Positions 15,855-23,744 of a DNA stretch of 27,402 nt are shown piece by piece; positions within the stretch are counted from its first letter, which is position 1; the number at the start of each line of letters is the position of its first letter. Under the pieces are notes generated by a model. It was not told the origin of the DNA, made no database searches, and saw nothing but the letters and a program-made list of their open reading frames with translations. The stretch lies in the NCBI GenBank assembly GCA_964513765.1, contig CAZEPC010000015.1, positions 1 through 27,402 on the forward strand. The letters are read 5' to 3'. Source of the stretch: an uncultured archaeon. GTDB lineage: Archaea; Asgardarchaeota; Lokiarchaeia; Sigyniarchaeales; Promethearchaeaceae. The position numbers and the translations under genes were made by a program.

Positions 15855-18800
15855 TTACCAATACCTTTTAAATTCATTTAACTTATGATATCCCTCTAAA
15901 TCTTTAATGGAGATATTTTCATGGTAGGAATCCAGATCCACTATTCCCTTTTCTCTGAGTTCGCTTAAAGCATAAACAAGTTCAGTTGCGAGTTGTAAAT
16001 TAGTGACCACTGGGATATTAAATTCCACGGCTTTTCTTCTAATCAGATACTCATCTTCATAAACTTGGGAATCTTTAGCCGCAAGGGGGATATTAATAAC
16101 CAAATCCATGTCCCTATCCAAGATATAATCCATAATATTGGGCTTTTTATCCTTTTCGCTGACCTTATGAAGAACGGTAGTGTCGATATCCGCGTCTTTA
16201 AAGACATCGGCAGTGTGTTCTGTTGCAAAGATTTTTGCGCCCATATTATCCAATTTCTTCGCAATCGGGACAAGTTTCTTTTGCAATTTTCCTGCCACAG
16301 TAATAAGTATATTACCCATATCCAAAGGCACCTCAAAATCGGCAGCCATTAATGATTTAACCAAGGCGTCCGGAAAATCTTCACCAATACATGCAACCTC
16401 ACCCGTACTCATCATCTCCACGCTGAGAATTGGATCTGCACCTTCTAACCTCATGAATGAAAATTGAGGCACTTTTATAGCATCATAAGGAGGCATTCCG
16501 TGTTTCAGTAATTCTTGTGGTATTTTTCCGCCCATAATAACATGAGCCGCAAGCTTGATAAGATTTACCCCAATAGTCTTGCTCACATAAGGCATACTTC
16601 GTGAAGACCTGAGATTCATTTCGATAACATAGATCTCATCGTGCTTGACTAGATATTGGATGTTAAAGGGACCCTTTACCTGCAGAGCCAAAGCAATCTT
16701 ACGGGTAATATGCTGAATCCTTTCCCAAATTTTATGCTTCACGGTCGGTGCCGGTATGCTCATGGTGGCATCACCGCTATGAACCCCGGCATTTTCTATG
16801 TGTTCAACCACAGCCCCGATAAAAACGTTCTCGCCATCTCCAACCCCGTCGCATTCCACTTCTCGGGCACCAGTAAAGAATTTGGTAATAACTACCGGGT
16901 TATCTTTGGAAACTATCGCGGCCAGTTCGAGAAATTCTTTCAATTCATCTTCGTTGGCTGCAACACGCATTGCCGCACCTGAAAGCACAAATGAGGGCCT
17001 TACTAAAACTGGGTACCCTACATCGTCAGCAAACTTCATCGCATCGTCCATGGATTGTAATTCTTCCCACTCGGGTTGCTTTATCTTCAGCTGATCCATC
17101 AAATGGCTGAAATCCCTTCGATTTTCCGCTTTTTCAATGTTCTTAGCCTCTGTTCCCAAAATATTGATTCCTGCAGAACGATAAAGATTTTGGTACTTAT
17201 TAAATTCGGCGGTTAGGTTATTGGCAATTTGACCACCCACACTTACCACAATTCCATTTGCATATTCTTTATGACATATATCCAGCACTCTTTCCGCGCT
17301 TAATTCCTCAAAATAGAGTTTATTACTCACATCATAATCGGTGCTCACGGTTTCTGGATTATAATTAATCATTATTACATCATCCACACCCATATCTTTA
17401 AGTGCCCATGCCATATTCACACAGCCCCAATCAAATTCGACAGATGACCCTATTCGATATACACCCGAACCAAGTACAATCACTTTTTTCTTTCCGGGCT
17501 CTTGTTGAAATTTCCCTTCTTGTGCAGGATAATCAATATCATCATAGGTTCCACCATATGAAAGGTAGAGATAGTTGGTCTGAGCAGGCCATTCTGCGGC
17601 TAAAGTATCGATTTGCTTTGTGACCGGCTGGATTCCGTGCGTATGTCTGAATCTCCTAATGGTATGAGAATCGGTTCCCATACATCGACAGATTTGTCCG
17701 TCCGAGAATCCGTATCGTTTTGCATATCCGATAAGTTTTTGCTGAACATCTTCATCGGAAAGAATATCGATTTCGTTAAGCATACTTTCGATCTCCACGA
17801 TGTGCTTTATCTTATGGAGAAACCATTTATCGATTTTGGTGAGAGCAAACAATTCATCAACCGTAATCCCTCTCTTAATGGCTATTGCCAATAAAAGAAA
17901 CCGGATATCGGTCGGATGGCTCAATTCATATTTGAGCTTATCGAGGGGGATATCATTCCATTCTTCTTCTTGATCATTCAAGGTTGCACCACGCATTCCG
18001 ATATTAAGCATCCGGATTGCTTTTTGGAAGGATTCTTCAAAAGTTCTTCCAATTCCCATGACCTCCCCAACACTTTTCATTTGGGTGCCGATCCTGCGGG
18101 AAACCCTTCTAAACTTTTCCATATTCCATCGCGGAATTTTAAGGGCAACGTAGTCCAATGCGGGTTCAAAACACGCGGTCGTGATATTCGTGACCATGTT
18201 TTTCAATTCCAACAGGTTGTATCCCAGGGAAAGCTTTGCGGCAACATATGCAAGCGGATAACCGGTTGCTTTACTTGCCAGAGCAGAACTTCGGCTCAAA
18301 CGGGCATTAACCTCAATTGCAACAAACCGTTTTGATTCAGGATGTAGTGCATATTGGATATTACACTCTCCAATTATACCCAAATGTCTAATAGCCCTTA
18401 TGGAGGCAGATCTGAGCATTTGGTACTCTTCATTAGTTAAAGTTTGACTTGGGGCAATTACTATGGACTCTCCCGTATGGATTCCGCATGGATCAAAGTT
18501 CTCCATATTACATACGGTAATTGTATTACCCTCTGCATCTCTCACAACTTCATATTCTATTTCTTTCCATCCGCCCACGTACTCCTCCACTAAAATTTGG
18601 CTAATTTTAGATTGGGCAAGTGCCCTATCCACAAGTCTATCGAATTCCTCTTTGTCGTGAGCAATTCCAGATCCTTGCCCGCCTAAAGTAAATGCGACAC
18701 GAATCATGAGAGGAAATCCAATATCTTGTGCAATTTCCCATGCTTTTTCTTTAGTGGTAGCCACTTGGGATTTACAGATGCCAACATCACATTCCATCAT

Positions 18801-19205
18801 GGAAAATCGGAATAAGTCGCGGTCTTCCGTATCTTGGATGGCCTTTACTGGAGTTCCTAAAACTTTTACCCCATATTTTTCCAAGATTCCTCTTTCTTTC
18901 AATTCAACTCCCACATTAAGTGCAGTTTGTCCACCAAACGCCAGCAAAATACCATCTGGCTTTTCTTTTTTAATAACATCCTCTACAAACTCGGGAGTCA
19001 CAGGAAGTAAATAGACCTTATCCGAAAGTTGAGGATCGGTTTGGATGGTTGCTACGTTCGGGTTAATAAGTATGGTATAAATTCCTTCTTCTTTCAGTGC
19101 TTTAAGAACTTGGGAACCGGAATAATCGAATTCTCCCGCTTGCCCAATTCTAATTGCACCGGATCCTAATACAAGTGCCTTTTTTATTGATTTATCAAGT
19201 GGCAT
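15855..19205 (-). CDS. carB: Carbamoyl-phosphate synthase large subunit.
   Basis: The 1116-aa ORF has the N-terminus 'ALVLGSGAIRIGQAGEFDYSGSQ' and duplicated ATP-grasp halves (the second is 'VIVLGSGVYRIGSSVEFDWG'). It ends in a C-terminal MGS-like domain. The length is canonical, so there is no intein. Confidence 0.97.
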   Translation of the reverse strand: MPLDKSIKKALVLGSGAIRIGQAGEFDYSGSQVLKALKEEGIYTILINPNVATIQTDPQLSDKVYLLPVTPEFVEDVIKKEKPDGILLAFGGQTALNVGVELKERGILEKYGVKVLGTPVKAIQDTEDRDLFRFSMMECDVGICKSQVATTKEKAWEIAQDIGFPLMIRVAFTLGGQGSGIAHDKEEFDRLVDRALAQSKISQILVEEYVGGWKEIEYEVVRDAEGNTITVCNMENFDPCGIHTGESIVIAPSQTLTNEEYQMLRSASIRAIRHLGIIGECNIQYALHPESKRFVAIEVNARLSRSSALASKATGYPLAYVAAKLSLGYNLLELKNMVTNITTACFEPALDYVALKIPRWNMEKFRRVSRRIGTQMKSVGEVMGIGRTFEESFQKAIRMLNIGMRGATLNDQEEEWNDIPLDKLKYELSHPTDIRFLLLAIAIKRGITVDELFALTKIDKWFLHKIKHIVEIESMLNEIDILSDEDVQQKLIGYAKRYGFSDGQICRCMGTDSHTIRRFRHTHGIQPVTKQIDTLAAEWPAQTNYLYLSYGGTYDDIDYPAQEGKFQQEPGKKKVIVLGSGVYRIGSSVEFDWGCVNMAWALKDMGVDDVIMINYNPETVSTDYDVSNKLYFEELSAERVLDICHKEYANGIVVSVGGQIANNLTAEFNKYQNLYRSAGINILGTEAKNIEKAENRRDFSHLMDQLKIKQPEWEELQSMDDAMKFADDVGYPVLVRPSFVLSGAAMRVAANEDELKEFLELAAIVSKDNPVVITKFFTGAREVECDGVGDGENVFIGAVVEHIENAGVHSGDATMSIPAPTVKHKIWERIQHITRKIALALQVKGPFNIQYLVKHDEIYVIEMNLRSSRSMPYVSKTIGVNLIKLAAHVIMGGKIPQELLKHGMPPYDAIKVPQFSFMRLEGADPILSVEMMSTGEVACIGEDFPDALVKSLMAADFEVPLDMGNILITVAGKLQKKLVPIAKKLDNMGAKIFATEHTADVFKDADIDTTVLHKVSEKDKKPNIMDYILDRDMDLVINIPLAAKDSQVYEDEYLIRRKAVEFNIPVVTNLQLATELVYALSELREKGIVDLDSYHENISIKDLEGYHKLNEFKRYW

Positions 19206-20395
19206 TAGTCTTCATCCTCCTCTGTATGATATTGCTCTTTTTCAAATCCCATATTCTTCATGAAATCATCAAACAAGTATTGAGTATCTTCGGGCCCCGG
19301 ATAGGCTTCGGGATGAAATTGTACCGCAAAAATCGGTTTCTTTTTGTGGTATATGCCTTCATTTGTATCATCATCCGCATTAACCAGCATCTCCTCAAAC
19401 CCCGATTTTTTTAAGCCCTCCACATCAACCGCGTATCCGTGATTCTGGCTGGTAATATAACCACTCCCCGACCTAAGATCAATCACAGGCTTATTTCCGC
19501 CCCGATGGCCGTATTTTAATTTATAGGTATCGGCCCCCGCAGCAAGCCCGAGAATTTGATTTCCGAGACAGATGCCCATAGTGGGAAATTCTTCATCAAT
19601 TAATTGCTTAGTGAGATCTATTGCCTCGATACATTTTTTAGGGTCCCCGGGACCGTTGCTTAGTAAAATTCCGTCCGGATCGTATTCCATTATTTGCTTA
19701 TAAGAATAATTATAGGGTACGAGAATGACCTTCATTTTTCGTCTAACTATATTCCGAAGAATGTTATTTTTAATCCCGAAATCAACAGCCACCACGGTCC
19801 CGATGGGATCCTCTGGACTGTATGTTTTGACTTTTTTTGTAGATACCTCGCTGGCCAAATGCCGGAGGTTTGGATCTTTTGCCCTCTTTACTTCTTCAAT
19901 TAATTCTTCATCGCTCGGAGGTGTTTCTCCCTCTTCAAACACCTGGATCATTCCAACTTGCACACCCTCAGACCGGAAAATTTTTGTTATTTCCCTGGTA
20001 TCGACCCTTTCAATTCCAGGGATACCTTCTTCGGCCAGAAATTGGTCCAGTGTTTTTTCTGATTCATAATGCGAGGGTTCTTTACATGCCTCATGTACAA
20101 TGAATCCAGCGCATTTAATGCTGGAGGATTCAAAATATTTATAAATGCCATATTCATCCTTTTCCCAAGGAGGAACCCCGTAATTTCCAATGAGAGGGTA
20201 TGTCAGTGTATAAATCTGTCCTTGGTTGGAAGGATCCGTGAGAGCACAATAATATCCGGCAGCAGTAAAAGTAGTAAACACAAATTCGCCGAATACCTTT
20301 TTAGTCGCACCAAATCCAACACCGTGAAAGACTTGGCCATTATTAAGGACTAAAACGGCCTCACGCTCATTCATTAAACTATCGATCGTGACCAT
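19205..20395 (-). CDS. carA: Carbamoyl-phosphate synthase small subunit (glutamine amidotransferase).
   Basis: 'MNEREAVLVLNNGQVFHGVGFGA' aligns with E. coli CarA 'MIKSALLVLEDGTQFHGRAIGA'. The GATase active-site motif is 'GICLGNQ'. The track start at 20431 decodes as TTG. In-frame ATGs at 20393-20395 (MVTIDSL…) and 20372-20374 (MNEREAV…) are more plausible starts. The stop TAA at 19205-19207 overlaps the carB ATG at 19203-19205 by 1 nt. Confidence 0.92.
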   Translation of the reverse strand: MVTIDSLMNEREAVLVLNNGQVFHGVGFGATKKVFGEFVFTTFTAAGYYCALTDPSNQGQIYTLTYPLIGNYGVPPWEKDEYGIYKYFESSSIKCAGFIVHEACKEPSHYESEKTLDQFLAEEGIPGIERVDTREITKIFRSEGVQVGMIQVFEEGETPPSDEELIEEVKRAKDPNLRHLASEVSTKKVKTYSPEDPIGTVVAVDFGIKNNILRNIVRRKMKVILVPYNYSYKQIMEYDPDGILLSNGPGDPKKCIEAIDLTKQLIDEEFPTMGICLGNQILGLAAGADTYKLKYGHRGGNKPVIDLRSGSGYITSQNHGYAVDVEGLKKSGFEEMLVNADDDTNEGIYHKKKPIFAVQFHPEAYPGPEDTQYLFDDFMKNMGFEKEQYHTEEDED

Positions 20396-20524
20396 GCTAT
20401 ATTCAAAAATGAAATAATATCGCAAATTCAAAAAAGATTGCGTTTATTTTTAATAACCCGTTAATTTTCGTCGGAATTTCGCCATATTAAAAGTTTTGCA
20501 ATCTTTAGTGTAAGATAGGGATAA
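20396..20524 (-). promoter_or_regulatory. Upstream region of carAB containing inverted repeats (AAAGATTGC at 20433-20441 versus GCAATCTTT at 20498-20506, and the CGCAA/TTGCG hairpin at 20421-20442) and an A/T-rich TATA-like element.
   Basis: I matched the inverted repeats by reading the sequence directly. 'atattatttcatttttgaatatagc' lies immediately upstream of the ATG at 20395 on the minus strand. Confidence 0.35.
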
Positions 20525-21817
20525 TTATTCAAATCTAGCAAGGGACTCTCTGATCTCCCGATAGAGAGAATCAATATTAAAGGAATGAAAATCATCCCCC
20601 TTGGCATCATTGAAATTAAAAATGCAAAACGGACAAAGGGTCAAGAGAGAATCCGATATTTCTGATGCTTCTTTGACCCGATTCTTCCCAATCTTAATCG
20701 CCAGCTTTTTATTGATAAACCGCATACCTCCATCCGCTCCGCAACATAGATTGGATTCCTTGGCGCGAGGAAAATCTTGAACGTGTTCATAACCCAACGA
20801 ATTCAAGATAGAACGGGGCGGTTCGGTTATGCCCCAAGGGCGGGTCAAATGGCAAGAGTCATGAAAAACACCTCGTTTAAGCCGATTAGACTCTTTAACC
20901 TGTTTCAGAATTCTATCAGATTGAATTTCCAAAAAGGAGTGAATTTTTTCACTTATGACCTCAATCGCATGCACAAATTTTAGTTCGGAGGGATAATGAG
21001 ATCGGAAAAACGTATAACAGCCCGCACACGCACAAATAATTTTATCGTATTTTTCTAATCGCTTTGAGTGCTTTTCAATAACTTTACTGGCCGATTGATG
21101 ATCTCCGCAATTCCACACATAATAACCGCAGCACATTTCCGCCGGATCTAAGATAAAATCAATTTGGAGTTTATCTAAAATTTCAATTAGATCGAACGCC
21201 ATTTGAGGGATACGATAATTAAGCATACAGCCCAGATGCAAGAGAGTTTTCTGATTTTTCTCTATATTTCGGTTAATATCCATATTCTCTTTAGGGTGCC
21301 CCGTTTTTTCGGGTCTAATATATTTTTTAACAATCTCCCTCTCACATATATTTTGAAACCGGTCACCTTCTCGCCCAAATGGATTTTCATGGGAAAGTAT
21401 ATTCTTGATGATCACAGGCTGTTTTGGATTAATGAAATTGTATTTTTCCACAAAAGCATTTCGGGCCCAATCAAATATAGCCATTAACGGGATTTTGGCG
21501 GGACAGATGGACTCGCATGCTTCACATTTCGTACAAGTGAAGATGGATTCAATTTCTTCTTTTTCAAGTTCTTCTCCTTTAATGAACCGTTTAATCAATT
21601 CTAGTTTGTTCCACGCGGAGTTTTTTCCCAATGTGAGAAAAATCGAGCAATTTTCCTCGCATTTTCCACATTTGATGCACTTTGAGATTTCCTTAAGGAT
21701 TTCATCTTTAGATAGAATGTGTGTTGGCAATTTTGGGATCCCTATATATTTATACATTCCCTTTTGCTTTAAATAGATAATTTCACTTTCCTTGAGGAAC
21801 AATAAAGAAATAGACAA
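20525..21817 (-). CDS. Iron-sulfur protein with two 4Fe-4S ferredoxin motifs and two CCG domains (HdrD/GlcF/GlpC/LutA family).
   Basis: The ferredoxin motifs are 'CIKCGKCEENC' and 'CTKCEACESICP'. The CCG-domain cysteines are 'CCGYYVWNCG…CACAGC' and 'CCGADGG…CPFC'. The true start may be the internal Met at about 21757 (MYKYIGIP…). Confidence 0.8.
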   Translation of the reverse strand: MSISLLFLKESEIIYLKQKGMYKYIGIPKLPTHILSKDEILKEISKCIKCGKCEENCSIFLTLGKNSAWNKLELIKRFIKGEELEKEEIESIFTCTKCEACESICPAKIPLMAIFDWARNAFVEKYNFINPKQPVIIKNILSHENPFGREGDRFQNICEREIVKKYIRPEKTGHPKENMDINRNIEKNQKTLLHLGCMLNYRIPQMAFDLIEILDKLQIDFILDPAEMCCGYYVWNCGDHQSASKVIEKHSKRLEKYDKIICACAGCYTFFRSHYPSELKFVHAIEVISEKIHSFLEIQSDRILKQVKESNRLKRGVFHDSCHLTRPWGITEPPRSILNSLGYEHVQDFPRAKESNLCCGADGGMRFINKKLAIKIGKNRVKEASEISDSLLTLCPFCIFNFNDAKGDDFHSFNIDSLYREIRESLARFE

Positions 21818-21928
21818 TTTTTTATATCCAATCGCCTCTTATTAAATAGATATCCTTCTTCAATTCAAGGCTTTATCATAATCAAATAAAGTTTTAAATC
21901 GAAACAAAAAGTTAAAGAGCGAGAAAAT

Positions 21929-22516
21929 ATGGCCAAGATCCAGAATGAGATGCTCAAATTAGGGGTTTATTCTTTAGTGGTGAGAGGACAAGGTGAGGAC
22001 ATGCTCATGGGAAGGGATGTAAAGGATTTTATAGAAATCCCCGGCTTGGAGGCTTTGTTAAAAAAATTCATTCTCGATCTCGATGATTATTTTACATACA
22101 TTTACAATGAACAATATGGAACATTTTTGGATCAAATTGAAAAAAAGTTTAGGGTGAATATTTCATCCATTAAAGATAACTTGGTTAATAATATTAAGGA
22201 AATGAATGAGGTTGGATCATCAGAGGTCATGATTTATTATCTTGTGATCACAAAAACTTTGGAAAAATTGCGTCAGTTAATTTATGGGGAAAATGTATGG
22301 AATATCATTCAAGAAACCTATAGAGACCTTAAAAATAAGAATATAAGCTCACGTAATTTAAAAAAGCTTCAAACTCTGGATAAACAAGGCAATGAAAACT
22401 TTTCATTGCTCTATAATCTGGTTTTTATAAAATATTTAAGCGAAATTTACGGGAATACGGAATTTTCCGCAAGATGTGTTGCCTTGATTGAAAAGGAAAT
22501 TGAAAAATTAATTTGA
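21929..22516 (+). CDS. Hypothetical protein of 195 aa. The N-terminus may be roadblock-like.
   Basis: It is a long ORF with codon usage like its neighbours. The N-terminus 'IQNEMLKLGVYSLVVRGQGEDMLMGRDV' resembles the helix-strand start of roadblock proteins. I recognise no catalytic motif. Confidence 0.5.
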   Translation: MAKIQNEMLKLGVYSLVVRGQGEDMLMGRDVKDFIEIPGLEALLKKFILDLDDYFTYIYNEQYGTFLDQIEKKFRVNISSIKDNLVNNIKEMNEVGSSEVMIYYLVITKTLEKLRQLIYGENVWNIIQETYRDLKNKNISSRNLKKLQTLDKQGNENFSLLYNLVFIKYLSEIYGNTEFSARCVALIEKEIEKLI

Positions 22517-22642
22517 ACGATATTATTTGTAGTAAGTTAAAAATTTAATTTTCATGGTATTTTTTTACTATTTATTCAATAATAAAAGCTGAAAAATAAT
22601 TATTTAGTTAGTTATCATAACAAAAAAGGAGAACAACTCAAC

Positions 22643-23134
22643 ATGGGATTAACTACACTTATTCAATTCCTTAAATCAAAAATATCGGGAAGATCTTCAC
22701 CACAGAACAGTACCGCAAGTGATGAAAGGGAAAGAACAATACAAGAGGAACATATTGAAATCGAGGATTCAAATATTGATCAAGAAAAGTTTCATTCCTT
22801 GGAGGAGGAGATTGAGGAATTTTCGGCTTCCCTTTCGGAAAGGGCAATCTTGAAAAATATGATGAAAGATCTTTACCCAAAATTAATGTTTCCCCGCGTA
22901 GCCTTGAGAAAGATCTTACTTAGAGCATTCAAGGAATACCGGGATAAAACCGAAATCCCCATCCAAAAATTCGCCATGTTAGAACGCTCCAAGAGGGATA
23001 AGCACATCCTCATGCTAAAAAACACGATAATAGAGATGATAATCCCTCTTGTTCAGGATAACATAGATAAGGTATTACCGACCTTAGAGAAGCAGCTTGA
23101 CTCCTTTTTCCAAAAATACCTGGAGTTTTACTAA
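22643..23134 (+). CDS. Hypothetical acidic protein of 163 aa.
   Basis: There is a GGAG Shine-Dalgarno-like sequence 12 nt upstream of the ATG. It is E/K-rich and probably helical, with no recognisable motif. Confidence 0.5.
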   Translation: MGLTTLIQFLKSKISGRSSPQNSTASDERERTIQEEHIEIEDSNIDQEKFHSLEEEIEEFSASLSERAILKNMMKDLYPKLMFPRVALRKILLRAFKEYRDKTEIPIQKFAMLERSKRDKHILMLKNTIIEMIIPLVQDNIDKVLPTLEKQLDSFFQKYLEFY

Positions 23135-23196
23135 CTACTTGGATTTAGAGGGATATAGAGAAAAATAATAAATATAATAAACAAGATGAAAAAGAT

Positions 23197-23442
23197 TTAA
23201 ATCAGAAAGAACACAGCCAGAGCAATTCCTCCCAGCACTAATATCATCCCCCATGATTTTATTAGTCCCTTTTTCTTTTGTTCTTGGAAACAGTCAAAGC
23301 AATATACTGCCCTGCGAATTATATGAGAATGTCGATTACAAATGGGTTTTTTACATCCATGACAAGCCATTGTGGTATCATTATTACATTGAGAGCACTT
23401 TACGGTTTTTTTTTCAGAACTTTGGGACATCTCTAAATCCAT
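23197..23442 (-). CDS. Small Cys/His-rich zinc-binding protein of 81 aa with a C-terminal transmembrane anchor.
   Basis: The metal-binding pattern is 'CSQCNNDTTMACHGCKKPICNRHSHIIRRAVYCFDCF', giving at least 8 Cys/His ligands, which suggests two zinc sites. The hydrophobic tail is 'WGMILVLGGIALAVFFLI'. Confidence 0.5.
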   Translation of the reverse strand: MDLEMSQSSEKKTVKCSQCNNDTTMACHGCKKPICNRHSHIIRRAVYCFDCFQEQKKKGLIKSWGMILVLGGIALAVFFLI

Positions 23443-23744
23443 CTCCTATATTTACTAATGCTTATTAGTTAACAACCTAAAATAATAGCCCATTAATATC
23501 AAAAGATTGTTGTTTCATTTATGAAATTATTGATTTTTGAAAAATCTTTTCATTCTTTTTTACAAATTAAAAAAAATTATCCTTAAATTGGATGAAACTA
23601 AACTTTACTCACCAATATAAGGTTTGAAGGTTTTAACTTTCGATTTTATTGAAATTAGCTTGAAGTCGATGAAACATAAAACCGACAAATATTGATAAAA
23701 TGGAATAAAACGTTATACCATTATCAAAAAAGGTAGAATTTAAA

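Noticed and set aside
15855-19205. Many antisense ORFs within carB (16043..18660 region) and within carA (19694..20353).
   Set aside because: They are embedded in strongly conserved carAB coding sequence on the opposite strand. They are low-complexity Ser/Thr/Pro-rich translations typical of reverse-strand artefacts.
15855-19205. Intein or insertion in carB.
   Set aside because: The length of 1116 aa is canonical for CarB. The duplicated ATP-grasp halves are contiguous and there are no Hint/endonuclease motifs.
20429-20431. TTG start for carA at 20431 (giving MNLRYYFIFEYS…).
   Set aside because: The extension has no counterpart in CarA homologues. Conventional ATGs at 20395 or 20374 give the canonical N-terminus.
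23443-23744. ncRNA in the 300-bp AT-rich intergenic region upstream of hppA.
   Set aside because: I found only short 6-bp inverted repeats (TTTCAT..ATGAAA) expected by chance in AT-rich DNA. No convincing conserved structure or tRNA-like cloverleaf could be read by eye. It most likely holds the divergent promoters.
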